Part shown: positions 19,102-29,046 of the stretch, in pieces
Layout of the letters: every line of letters begins with the position of its first letter
Numbering within the stretch: the first letter of the stretch is position 1
Assembly (NCBI GenBank): GCA_025360395.1
Contig: JANYCH010000199.1
Span: 1 to 33,910, forward strand
Source of the DNA: Cytophagales bacterium
Lineage (GTDB): Bacteria > Bacteroidota > Bacteroidia > Cytophagales > UBA9547
DNA length: 33,910 nucleotides
Direction of reading: 5' to 3'
Program-made: the position numbers and the translations under genes
The notes under the pieces: model-generated
Databases searched by the model: none
What the model was told of the DNA's origin: nothing
What the model saw: only the letters and a program-made list of their open reading frames with translations

Positions 19102-19928
19102 TAAGAAATACGCCTGTAAATCTTTTCCTTACTATCTATTACTTCAAAATTTTTCCTGTATCTGGAAGTACTTAATGATTCTTTATTTCCTAAAACAAGG
19201 TATCCAAATACAGGAAGGCTATCAAGGAACATGCCAATTACTTTTTCCTGTAAATCTCTTTGAAAATATATCAATACGTTTCTGCAAACGATTAAATTAA
19301 ACTCATTGAAAGACGCATCACTAACCAAATTATGGGTAGAGTAAATTACGTTTGCTTTTAACTGTTCATTCATTATTGCATTATTATATCTCGCAAAATA
19401 ATAATCGGATAATGAAGTATGACCGCCAGCATTGATATAGTTTTTTGAATAATCTTTCATAACAGACAAAGGATAAATACCTTCTGCTGCTTCATTTATT
19501 ACTTTTTGATTAATGTCAGTAGCATAAATCCTGGTTTTTTTTAATATTCCTTCTTCTTTAAACAGGATTGCCAATGAGTAAACTTCTTCTCCAGTAGAAC
19601 ACCCAGCATCCCAAACACGAACATGCGGGTAAGTATCTAATTGAGGTATAACCTTAGCACGCAATTCTTTAAAGAAACCAGGGTCGCGGAACATTTCTGT
19701 TACATTGACAGTTATCTCCAACAGAAAATTATTAAAATGAAACTGGTCAATTTCCAAGTAACGCTTTAATTCTTCAACGGCTGACATCTTCATATTGGCC
19801 ATATATCTTCTTATTCGTCTCTGAAAAGAAGCTATAGAATATAAAGTAAAATCGAACCCATACATTCCCTTTATAAACAAAAGTAAATCAAGATATTCGT
19901 CATCATCCAATTCTAAAAGTGCAGACAT
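19101..19928 (-). CDS. cheR: CheR-type protein-glutamate O-methyltransferase
   Basis: VTEMFRD, WDAGCSTGEEVYS, ATDIN, HNL, CRNVLIYF motifs. Stop overlaps the cheB start (TAATG). Confidence 0.93.
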   Translation of the reverse strand: MSALLELDDDEYLDLLLFIKGMYGFDFTLYSIASFQRRIRRYMANMKMSAVEELKRYLEIDQFHFNNFLLEITVNVTEMFRDPGFFKELRAKVIPQLDTYPHVRVWDAGCSTGEEVYSLAILFKEEGILKKTRIYATDINQKVINEAAEGIYPLSVMKDYSKNYINAGGHTSLSDYYFARYNNAIMNEQLKANVIYSTHNLVSDASFNEFNLIVCRNVLIYFQRDLQEKVIGMFLDSLPVFGYLVLGNKESLSTSRYRKNFEVIDSKEKIYRRIS

Positions 19929-19935
19929 GTGAATT

Positions 19936-22900
19936 TTAAATCTGGTAAAGCCAAACTCTCATAAGAGAGATAAGTTTTGGTATATCAATAGGTTTTGAAG
20001 CATAATCAGAGATTCCAGCTGCCAGACATTTCTCTTTGTCTCCCGGCATTGCCTTGGCAGTTACTGCTATTATGGGCAAGTTATTAAATCTTTCATCAGC
20101 ACGTATAATTTTAGTTGCCTCGATTCCATCCATTTCAGGCATCATAATATCCATTAAAACAATTTGTATGTCAGGGTTTTTATTCAATTCATCAATCGCC
20201 TGCTTACCATCGTAGGCAACCAAGACTTCCATTCCCTGATCTTCCAATACGTTGGTCAAGGAATAAATATTCCTCATGTCATCATCTGCTATGAGTACCT
20301 TTTTGTATTTTAAAGATGCTTCAGATTTGTTTAAATTTTTCAGGAATGACTCTGCCTTGTTAAGGGTTTTATCAATACTAAACAGAAATAATTTAACTTC
20401 TTCTAATAACCTGGTATAAGAATAAGCCGTCTTTATAATAATCGTATTTGCATATTTTTTATATGCTGCTTCTTCTTTCTCAGTTAAGTCTTTACCTGAA
20501 TAAATAATGACTGGAATATTCTGGATTTGAACATTCTTTCTGATATTTTCTAAAACCTGGTAACCCGTCATATCTGGCAGGTTAATGTCCAATATCACAC
20601 AATCAAATTCTTTAACTAAAAGCATTTCCAAGGCCTCTTTCCCCGAAAAGGCACTTTGAGATATCAGATCCTGGGTAATAAGTAATTCTTTTACTGCATT
20701 ATTTTCAATAGTATTGTCTTCAACTATCAGGACGGTTTTTGTGGGGCTAGCCTCTTCATTCCTGTTAATATTTCCTAAAGTCTGATCCAACATCTGCAAA
20801 GTCAAGGGTTTCGGAATGAAAGTTTCCTGACCCAAATCTTTCGAACCTTCTTTTTCAAAGGCCGACATTAAATGGACCGGCACTTTCTTTAATGAGGGGT
20901 CATTTTTCAATTTCCTTAAAACTTCCCACCCTGTTGTATCTGGAAGTTGAATATCAAGTAGAATAGCGTCAGGATTACAGTTTTTAGCAAGTTCAAAACC
21001 TTCGCTTCCGTTACTTGCTGTAAACACTTCATATCCCTTTTTCTCAGAATAATCTACCAGAATATTACTAAAGTAAAAATCATCTTCGATAATCAGGATC
21101 CTGGTTTTCCCTCCTATAATTTTCCCTTTTTTAAATTCAACAGCTTGCGCTGTTTTTATTTCCTTCACATTTCTGGCTGGCTGTTCTCTTTCAACATTCT
21201 CAATAGGTTGAGGCGCTTCCAGCAGATACGGCAAATAAAGAGTGAAGGAGCTTCCTTTTCCCAGTTCACTTTCAAACTGAATTTCTCCGCCTAATAATGC
21301 TGCCAGGTCACGGCTTATGGTTAAGCCCAATCCGGAACCTCCAAATTTTCTGGTTGTAGAAAGGTCTGCCTGTTGAAAAGCTTCAAAAACAATGTGTTTT
21401 TTATCTTCCGCAATACCAATCCCAGCGTCTTTGACAGTAAATGCTATTGTTTTACCATTTTTCAAATTGGTATTGGCAAACTTTACTTCATTCCCTACTC
21501 TGTGTATATTGTATTCAATCGATTTATCCTTCGGAGTAAATTTAAAAGCATTTGATAATAAGTTCTTCAGGATTTGTTCTACCCTAAAACGGTCGGTACG
21601 GATAGTTTCTGGCAGGGCAGGATCTATAAAAACTTTAAAATCTATCTGTTTTTCTAAGGCAAGGTCTTTAAATTGGCCTTCAAGATTGAATTCATCAATT
21701 TTATACTCACTTAATTCAAGAGCAACTTTTCCAGATTCAATTCTGGCAAGATCTAATATTTCGTTTATTAGTTTTAGAAGGTCGTTCCCTGACTTTTCAA
21801 TAACACCGGCATGTTGAGTCTCTTTTTCGGATAAGGTATTATTCCGGTTGTCCTTTAATATTTTGGCAAGGATCAGAATACTGTTTAATGGTGTCCTTAA
21901 TTCGTGCGACATATTGGCCAGAAAATCTGACTTATATTTACTAACCATTTCGAATTGTTCCATTTTAAGCTGAATTGCATCTTTTGCATTTTCAAGCTCC
22001 TGGTTTTTGTACCTTAGGCTTTCATATTGTTCTTCAAGTTCATTGGTTTTTTCCTCCAATTCGGCATTTTTTTCCTGTAGTTCTTCTTCACTTGTTCTCA
22101 ATTCTTCTTCTGAAGCCTGCAAAAGATCCCTTTGATAACGGATTTCTTCATTAATCTGCCTTAATTCTTCCTGCTGGGCTTCAAGTTCTTCTGCCTGGTT
22201 TTGAACTTGTTTTAGAAACTCTTCAGTTTTCATTTCTGACTTTATTGCGAACAAGAATGTAGCAACAGTAAGATTAATGCCATTCAGGAATTCTAAATCC
22301 TTCTTGTCAAAATTATTTTTATGTAATAATTCTACTATTGCAATTGTTTTATTGTGATGATAAAAAGGAAGTAAAAGTATACTGGAAGGCTCAATATTTA
22401 CAAAAGTTGACTTTATTGTCAAACTGCCATCCGGTACATCGTTTATTATAGTTGGTTTCATATCAAGTACGACCTGACCAAGTAAACCCTCTCCTGATTT
22501 AAATTTGGAACGGGTATTCGAAGTATTTTCAAATGCAAATTGGTTTGTCAATTGAAACTCATCATTTTCATCCTGAATAAATAAAATTCCAGAATTACTT
22601 TTGGTAAAATCGCATAAGAAACGTAATAGCTTATCTCCAAAACTTTCCAATTCCCTTTCCGGTCTCAACAAATCATTTAGTTCAGTCGATTTTGAGAGTA
22701 GATAGTTGTTCTTATTTAATTCTGTTTGACTCAATAAAATTTGTTCATTGTTAGATTTGAGTTCGGCATTTAGCCTGGAAAGTTCCATTTCTGCAAACTC
22801 CCTGATTTTAATATCTTTGGAGATAAGGTAGAAAGACAGCAAGGAAACTAAAACTGCTATCATGGATGTAATACCTATAATATAGGGTGTAATAGTAGCA

Positions 22901-23442
22901 AATTGTTCAACTCCCTTTATCCTGATATTCAACAACCTGTCTTCTTCAATTTTCATTTCGGCTATGATAGCCCTACATTTAAACATAATTTCCCTGCCCT
23001 TTAACATATCATGAACAGGCATTCTATGTTCGGCTTTGTAAATTCTTATAACAGAATCTAATGTGGAGAATCTTAGATTAATATACGGCACAAGCCTTCT
23101 AATGCTATTCTGTTGCCTGTCATTGTCTATTGTAAGAGCCCTTATTGATTCTACGGATTCCATAGCCCTTTCGTGGCTTCCATTGTAAAGTGAAAGAAAA
23201 ACATCTTCTCCTGAGAGCAAATAACCTCTTTGTGAAGTTTCCCCATCTTTAAGACTAGAAAGCACATTCTCAAGACTTTTTAATACTTCATTGGTGTGGT
23301 CAACTAATTTAGACATCTTAATTAACTCCCTTATACTGAAAAAGGACAGCAAGGAACTGATGATCAATATGATTAAAGAAAATCCTAACCCGAACTGTAT
23401 TTTCTTATTTAGGGTTACGTTAGAAAAATTTAAATTTGACAT
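19936..23442 (-). CDS. Membrane hybrid histidine kinase: CHASE3-GAF-coiled coil-HisKA-HATPase-3xREC
   Basis: Two TMs flank a CHASE3 domain (ETSQRGYLLSG). GAF (GEGLLGQ), FLANMSHELRTPLN, NLLSNAFKFT, GGSGLGL, and three REC domains, each keeping the Asp (ILLDI, VILDI, VLMDI). Confidence 0.93.
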   Translation of the reverse strand: MSNLNFSNVTLNKKIQFGLGFSLIILIISSLLSFFSIRELIKMSKLVDHTNEVLKSLENVLSSLKDGETSQRGYLLSGEDVFLSLYNGSHERAMESVESIRALTIDNDRQQNSIRRLVPYINLRFSTLDSVIRIYKAEHRMPVHDMLKGREIMFKCRAIIAEMKIEEDRLLNIRIKGVEQFATITPYIIGITSMIAVLVSLLSFYLISKDIKIREFAEMELSRLNAELKSNNEQILLSQTELNKNNYLLSKSTELNDLLRPERELESFGDKLLRFLCDFTKSNSGILFIQDENDEFQLTNQFAFENTSNTRSKFKSGEGLLGQVVLDMKPTIINDVPDGSLTIKSTFVNIEPSSILLLPFYHHNKTIAIVELLHKNNFDKKDLEFLNGINLTVATFLFAIKSEMKTEEFLKQVQNQAEELEAQQEELRQINEEIRYQRDLLQASEEELRTSEEELQEKNAELEEKTNELEEQYESLRYKNQELENAKDAIQLKMEQFEMVSKYKSDFLANMSHELRTPLNSILILAKILKDNRNNTLSEKETQHAGVIEKSGNDLLKLINEILDLARIESGKVALELSEYKIDEFNLEGQFKDLALEKQIDFKVFIDPALPETIRTDRFRVEQILKNLLSNAFKFTPKDKSIEYNIHRVGNEVKFANTNLKNGKTIAFTVKDAGIGIAEDKKHIVFEAFQQADLSTTRKFGGSGLGLTISRDLAALLGGEIQFESELGKGSSFTLYLPYLLEAPQPIENVEREQPARNVKEIKTAQAVEFKKGKIIGGKTRILIIEDDFYFSNILVDYSEKKGYEVFTASNGSEGFELAKNCNPDAILLDIQLPDTTGWEVLRKLKNDPSLKKVPVHLMSAFEKEGSKDLGQETFIPKPLTLQMLDQTLGNINRNEEASPTKTVLIVEDNTIENNAVKELLITQDLISQSAFSGKEALEMLLVKEFDCVILDINLPDMTGYQVLENIRKNVQIQNIPVIIYSGKDLTEKEEAAYKKYANTIIIKTAYSYTRLLEEVKLFLFSIDKTLNKAESFLKNLNKSEASLKYKKVLIADDDMRNIYSLTNVLEDQGMEVLVAYDGKQAIDELNKNPDIQIVLMDIMMPEMDGIEATKIIRADERFNNLPIIAVTAKAMPGDKEKCLAAGISDYASKPIDIPKLISLMRVWLYQI

Positions 23443-23806
23443 TAAAGGTTTATTTCGTGGATTAATATTTGTCTTAAAACAATTTCAAACAATCTTAACA
23501 AAATTTAAAAATTCCATTCGTTTCATACTGATATATAAGAACTTATAATAATCCTGTATCAAACTGTTTTTCAAATAGTTATTTAAAAATCTAAATAACA
23601 TACAACTAAAAAAACTTTGCCATAAGGTACGCATGAAACCATAAAAAATTATATTATTGTTATTTAATACTTCTAATTTAATAAATAAGACAAGTGGATA
23701 AAAATAAATATTATTTATCCTTTTCGAAACAAAAATCCGAATATTGACCAAAAACAATATTTTTAAATATTATAATTAGTAAAATTTGAATATTTCAGAA
23801 TAATAT

Positions 23807-23837
23807 TTTGTAATTACTTGAAGCATCCCTATATTTG
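23807..23837 (+). promoter_or_regulatory. Bacteroidota primary-sigma promoter for the TauE/SafE gene
   Basis: TTTG at 23807-23810, 19-nt spacer, TATATTTG at 23830-23837. Confidence 0.7.
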
Positions 23838-23933
23838 AAATGCTTATTTATCTTTTTGAAAACATTCATTCCTTCTGGTTTCTATATCCTTCACAACATA
23901 GATTTTAGGCAGGTATAACAAGACAGAGCCACA

Positions 23934-24941
23934 ATGAAAATCAGGAGAATTATAGAAAAACATGATAAGGCAGACATTGAGCATGAGGAATTAGGCATAC
24001 CGCCTTTAGAAGAATCAGTTCACGAAGAACCATGGAGCCTCCTCAAAAAATGCTTAGTGGCAGCATTCATTGCAATAGGTGTGGTAACTGTAGTTTATTT
24101 TCTGCTTCAATTCCTTTTTCCCGTTTTTACTGCTGAAAAAGTTGTTCAATTTATTGATGTATTTACCCAGAAAAAATTCTGGACATATGTATTTGTTGGC
24201 CTTGGTGCACAAATGATTGATGGGGCTTTAGGAATGGCATATGGAGTTAGTTCTACAACCTTTTTATTGAGTGCAGGTGTAGGGCCTTCCGCAGCAAGTG
24301 CAAGTGTGCACATTGCCGAAATGTTTACATCAGGTATATCCGGCATTTCTCACCTCAAATTTGGGAATGTTAACAAAAAGCTATTTAAAAGTCTTTTATT
24401 TACCGGTGTACTTGGAGGAATGCTAGGTGCATTTCTATCAACACAAATAGATGGTAATATTCTAAAGCCTTATATATCAGGATATTTGCTTATCATGGGC
24501 ATTGTAATTATAAGGAAGGCTGTTAGAAAGAATGTTAAAAAGAAAAAGACAACCAATATACGCTGGCTGGCTTTGTTTGGCGGGTTTGTTGATGCAGTCG
24601 GTGGTGGAGGTTGGGGACCTGTAGTAACTACTACACTTGTTAGCTCAGGAAGAGACCCTCGTTATACGATAGGTTCGGTTAACCTAGCCGAATTCTTTGT
24701 CGCAGTAGGTACGGCTTTGTCATTTGCCCTTTTCATGGGCCTTCAGGAATGGCAAACAATAGGTGAACTTGGTGTTATTATTTTAGGCTTAATAGTGGGT
24801 GGAATGTTTGCAGCGCCATTTGCTGCTATAATATTAAGACATGTAAAGGCAAAAAAACTGATGATTTTTGTTGGTATACTTATTATTGTTTTGAGCCTTC
24901 GGACACTGCTGAAAGCATTATTTGGAATACAATTATTCTAA
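23934..24941 (+). CDS. TauE/SafE (TSUP) family transporter, sulfite-exporter-like
   Basis: AQMIDGALGMAYG, SASVHIAE, DAVGGGGWGP and GSVNLAEFFV motifs; multiple TMs. Confidence 0.9.
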   Translation: MKIRRIIEKHDKADIEHEELGIPPLEESVHEEPWSLLKKCLVAAFIAIGVVTVVYFLLQFLFPVFTAEKVVQFIDVFTQKKFWTYVFVGLGAQMIDGALGMAYGVSSTTFLLSAGVGPSAASASVHIAEMFTSGISGISHLKFGNVNKKLFKSLLFTGVLGGMLGAFLSTQIDGNILKPYISGYLLIMGIVIIRKAVRKNVKKKKTTNIRWLALFGGFVDAVGGGGWGPVVTTTLVSSGRDPRYTIGSVNLAEFFVAVGTALSFALFMGLQEWQTIGELGVIILGLIVGGMFAAPFAAIILRHVKAKKLMIFVGILIIVLSLRTLLKALFGIQLF

Positions 24942-24954
24942 ACCTGAAAAAAAA

Positions 24955-26169
24955 ATGGATCAGTTATTACTACAGGAAGTAAGGAGAATTGCGGGACAAA
25001 TTTCAAATGAAGTAATTTTCTACAGGCGGCATTTGCACCAAAATCCCGAACTTTCTTTTAAAGAATTTAAAACTTCCGAATTTATTGCCCAAACACTAAT
25101 CAGCAAAAATATTCAGGTAGAATATGTAAAAGAAGGGATTGCCCAGACAGGATTGGTTGCATATATAAAAGGCAAAAATCCTGAAAAAAAACAGGTCGCT
25201 TTAAGGGCAGATATGGACGCATTGCCTATTCAGGAGCAAAATAGCGTAGATTATAAATCTGAAAATGAAGGAATTATGCATGCTTGTGGACATGATGTAC
25301 ATTCATCGTCCTTGCTTGGCACTGCGATAATCCTTAATGACCTAAAAAATGAGTTTGAAGGAACAGTAAAATTAGTGTTCCAGCCTGGTGAAGAATTAAT
25401 TCCCGGAGGAGCTTCATTGATGATAAAGGCTGGCATTTTAGAAAACAAATCCATAAAGAGCATGTTTGGCCAACACGTGGCGCCACAAATTGAGGCAGGA
25501 AAAGTCGGTTTCCGTTCCGGAATATATATGGCAAGTGCAGATGAAATTTACCTGACAATTAAAGGAAAAGGCGGTCATGCTGCCATGCCAGACACTACTG
25601 TTGATCCTGTGCTTATTATGGCACATGTCATTATTGCCCTTCAGCAAGTAGTAAGCCGCAATGCCAATCCTAAAATACCAACTGTATTATCCTTTGGTAA
25701 AGTAGTTGCTGATGGTGCAACCAATATCATTCCAAATGAGGTAAAAGTAGCCGGAACCTTTAGAACCTTGAATGAGGAGTGGCGTGCAGAAGCAAAAAAA
25801 AGAATAACTAAGATAGCCACCGGAATTGCCGAAAGTATGGGAGGGACCTGTGACGTCAATATTCTAGATGGATATCCTTACCTGGAAAACAATCCTTTAC
25901 TTACCGAACGGGCGAAAGAATATGCTAAAGAATTTTTAGGTGAAGAAAATGTTGTTGACCTGGATATTTGGATGGCATCAGAAGATTTTGCTTACTATAC
26001 ACATCATGTAGATTCGTGCTTTTATAGATTAGGTGTACGAAATGAAGAGTTAGGTATTACTTCGGGAGTTCATACTCCAACCTTTAATGTTGACGAAAAA
26101 GCATTAGAAGTCGGCAGCGGATTGATGGCCTGGCTTGCTATTAAAGAATTAGAGACTGAGCTCTCATAA
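24955..26169 (+). CDS. M20D family amidohydrolase
   Basis: RRHLHQNPELS, LRADMDALP, MHACGHD, FQPGEE, GGHAA, SEDF and HTP motifs. ATG 24955 preferred over TTG 24922. Confidence 0.92.
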   Translation: MDQLLLQEVRRIAGQISNEVIFYRRHLHQNPELSFKEFKTSEFIAQTLISKNIQVEYVKEGIAQTGLVAYIKGKNPEKKQVALRADMDALPIQEQNSVDYKSENEGIMHACGHDVHSSSLLGTAIILNDLKNEFEGTVKLVFQPGEELIPGGASLMIKAGILENKSIKSMFGQHVAPQIEAGKVGFRSGIYMASADEIYLTIKGKGGHAAMPDTTVDPVLIMAHVIIALQQVVSRNANPKIPTVLSFGKVVADGATNIIPNEVKVAGTFRTLNEEWRAEAKKRITKIATGIAESMGGTCDVNILDGYPYLENNPLLTERAKEYAKEFLGEENVVDLDIWMASEDFAYYTHHVDSCFYRLGVRNEELGITSGVHTPTFNVDEKALEVGSGLMAWLAIKELETELS

Positions 26170-26180
26170 GTACATAATCA

Positions 26181-27044
26181 ATGAACCTCATCAATATCTC
26201 TCCTCTCTGGAACGAATACGAGCTTATAGACTCAGGGAATTTTGAAAAGCTTGAACGCTTCGGAGAGTTTACCCTTGCCAGGCCTGAACCACAAGCCATG
26301 TGGGACAAAACATTACCCGATGAGGAATGGAATAAAATGGCTCACGCAAATTTCAGAAGAGACGAAAAAAACCCTGAAAAGGGGCTTTGGACTTTAAAAT
26401 CTTCTATGAGGGAACAATGGTTTGTTTCTTATAAATTCAACAATCTGGACCTGAAGTTCAGGTTAGGTTTATCATCATTTAAACATGTTGGTTTATTTCC
26501 GGAACAAGCTGATAACTGGAACTATATTTACCAGAAAACAGCATCTTTTGGAAAGCCCAAAATCCTGAACCTTTTTGCCTATACCGGCGGAGCATCTCTT
26601 GCAGCCAAAGCAGCAGGTGCAGATATAACACATCTTGATTCTGTAAAACAATGTATTTCATGGGCCAAAGAAAACATGGAAGCAAGCAAATTGGATAACA
26701 TCCGCTGGTTAGTTGAAGATGCTTTTAAGTATGTAAAAAGAGAAGCTAAGAGAGGTTCAAAATACCAAGGGATAATATTGGACCCACCTGCATATGGTCG
26801 TGGTCCGGAAGGCGAGAAATGGATTTTGGAAGATTGCCTCAATGAAACTTTGAAATGTTGTGCTCAAATTTTAGATGATAAAGGATTTTTAGTCCTTAAC
26901 CTGTATTCTATGGGTTATTCAGCATTGCAAGCCGAAACCTTGATTAGGTCTGTATTTGGAAACAAAAAAATAGAAATCGGGGAATTTTATTTTGAGGACA
27001 AAGCCAAAAGAAAATTACCTCTCGGACTTTTTGCCAGGTTCTAG
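26181..27044 (+). CDS. Class I SAM-dependent methyltransferase (RlmI/RlmK-like)
   Basis: HVGLFPEQ, LNLFAYTGG motif I, and ILDPPAYG motif IV. Confidence 0.85.
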   Translation: MNLINISPLWNEYELIDSGNFEKLERFGEFTLARPEPQAMWDKTLPDEEWNKMAHANFRRDEKNPEKGLWTLKSSMREQWFVSYKFNNLDLKFRLGLSSFKHVGLFPEQADNWNYIYQKTASFGKPKILNLFAYTGGASLAAKAAGADITHLDSVKQCISWAKENMEASKLDNIRWLVEDAFKYVKREAKRGSKYQGIILDPPAYGRGPEGEKWILEDCLNETLKCCAQILDDKGFLVLNLYSMGYSALQAETLIRSVFGNKKIEIGEFYFEDKAKRKLPLGLFARF

Positions 27045-27048
27045 CATA

Positions 27049-29046
27049 TTATTTAGTCCCGATAATTTCAAATTCAGTCCTTCTGTTTAGTTGCCTTCCC
27101 TCTGGATTATCGCTTCCATCTGCCTTTTTATTGGGGGCAATTGGTTTTTCAGACCCGAATCCAGCAAACTTAAATCTGTCGTTGGTTATCCCTCTGGTGA
27201 TAAGGTAATCGACAACAGCCTTTGCTCGTTTCTCAGACAACGATTTATTGTATTCTGCAGTCCCTAGATTATCAGTATGGCCTGAAATCAGTACAATGAT
27301 ATTTGTTTGCATCATAACAAGAAAAAGCTGCTGAAGCTCAGGAAAAGATTCTGAACGGAGTGTTGCCTTATCAAAATCAAAAAAGATGTTTTTAAGGATA
27401 ATTTTAGTCCCGACAGACACTTTTTTCAAATCCACATCTACAACAAACTCCTGATAATTGGTACTCAATGGAATGTTAAAATTTTCAGAATGAAATAGGT
27501 ATGACTCCTTGTTAACTGAAATACCATAATTTTTACCTGATGGCAGTACAATTAAATATCCTCCGGTAGCATTATTTGAGGTAATTTCACCTATTACTTC
27601 ATTTTTGGTATTGTCTGTTATAGTTATCTTTCCTTCTAATGGTTGCTTTGTCACTGCATCACGGATAGTACCTTTTAATATGGTTATTGGATTAACAGTT
27701 GATGTTTGTGCAATATTTAAGTTAAAATCCTTTTTCACAAGATGATCCTTTACTTCTACTTTATGTGTTGCAACAGCAGTAGCATTAACCTCTTTAGGCA
27801 TTGAAATTTTGTAAATATCTTTCTCTCCATATGTATCTTCTTTGGCTGAAGAAAAATAACCAGTCCTGCCATCAGCTGAAAGCACAAAATAAATATCATC
27901 ATCAGGCGAATTGATTGGATAGCCTAAATTATCGGGCTCTTTAAACTGTCCATTTTCCAATTGAGACTTAAATATGTCATACCCACCCATTGTACTATGG
28001 CCCTCTGAACTAAAATACAAAGTAGTTCCATCGGGATGGATAAAAGGAGAATCTTCATCTTCTTCCGTATTTATTGTGGGACCAAGGTTGACAGGTGCAG
28101 ACCATTTCCCTTTTGTGTCCTTTGCAATTTTGTAAATATCAAAACCTCCATACCCTCCTGGGCGATCACTGTTGAAATACAATGTTTTACCATCTGGAGT
28201 GATAGAACAATGTAACTCTGAATATTTGGTATTTATTTCCTTAAAAGGCTTCGGTGCATCCCAAACTATACCGTTTAGCTTTGAAATATAAATATCACCA
28301 CCATTATTATCACGATATAAAAAAAGTTGGCTACCGTCAGGCGCTAAACCAATACTCGCATCGTGTTGGTCTGTATTTATAGGATAACCCATATTTTTAG
28401 GCGCAGACCATTTGCCATTTACATTAGTCGAAATATAAATATCTTCAAAAAATTCACCGTTTTGGTCCTTTACATCTCCGGTAGTTCCTTCTCTTGTAGA
28501 AGTAAAAACCATTTCACTTTCATCTGCCTTAATTACAGGAACATAATCACTTGCTTTGGAATTGACTTCTTTTCCTAAATTTTCGATTTTAGCAGTTACA
28601 GGATGAGCCAGTAGTACTGCACCAAATTCACACTCTTTTAGTCGTTTCTTGATTATATCATTGTCTTCTGGTGTAGCGTGGTATTTATGAAAGAGTTCAT
28701 AACTGATCTTAGCTTCTCCAAATTCAAGGTTTAACTGATGTGCCTGACCCAAAAGGTATGTGATGGACTCATCTACTTTAGAGTTTTTATTATATGCCTT
28801 CTGAAGGTAAGACAACGCCTTTCTGTTGAAAGGAGAATGAATAAGACAATAACCATAGCGGAAATTCAGGTATGCATCTTCCGAATTAATATTTAGTGCA
28901 TCTTTATAATAGGCAAGGGCCAGTTTGTAGTTTTTATCATCAAATAATTGGTCTGCTTGCCTGGTTAACTTTTTAATGTTCTGAGAAAAAGCACAAATAG
29001 AAATCAGGCAAAATGCAATTCCTAAAACAATATTGTTAATCCTCAA
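27049..29046 (-). CDS. TPR-PD40 propeller-OmpA_C peptidoglycan-binding protein (PorE-like architecture)
   Basis: Signal peptide, TPR helices, PD40 repeats (TPDGKTLYFNSDRPGG, HPDGTTLYFSS), and OmpA domain (NIFFDFDK, GHTD, LSEKRAKAV, NRRTEF). Confidence 0.9.
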   Translation of the reverse strand: MRINNIVLGIAFCLISICAFSQNIKKLTRQADQLFDDKNYKLALAYYKDALNINSEDAYLNFRYGYCLIHSPFNRKALSYLQKAYNKNSKVDESITYLLGQAHQLNLEFGEAKISYELFHKYHATPEDNDIIKKRLKECEFGAVLLAHPVTAKIENLGKEVNSKASDYVPVIKADESEMVFTSTREGTTGDVKDQNGEFFEDIYISTNVNGKWSAPKNMGYPINTDQHDASIGLAPDGSQLFLYRDNNGGDIYISKLNGIVWDAPKPFKEINTKYSELHCSITPDGKTLYFNSDRPGGYGGFDIYKIAKDTKGKWSAPVNLGPTINTEEDEDSPFIHPDGTTLYFSSEGHSTMGGYDIFKSQLENGQFKEPDNLGYPINSPDDDIYFVLSADGRTGYFSSAKEDTYGEKDIYKISMPKEVNATAVATHKVEVKDHLVKKDFNLNIAQTSTVNPITILKGTIRDAVTKQPLEGKITITDNTKNEVIGEITSNNATGGYLIVLPSGKNYGISVNKESYLFHSENFNIPLSTNYQEFVVDVDLKKVSVGTKIILKNIFFDFDKATLRSESFPELQQLFLVMMQTNIIVLISGHTDNLGTAEYNKSLSEKRAKAVVDYLITRGITNDRFKFAGFGSEKPIAPNKKADGSDNPEGRQLNRRTEFEIIGTK

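Noticed and set aside
23485-23757. 90-aa ORF upstream of the hybrid kinase
   Set aside because: Extremely AT-rich intergenic DNA with I/N/F/K-biased translation; likely spurious.
17249-23930. Genomic island integrated at tRNA-Cys
   Set aside because: No integrase, no duplicated tRNA 3' end, and no obvious compositional shift by eye.
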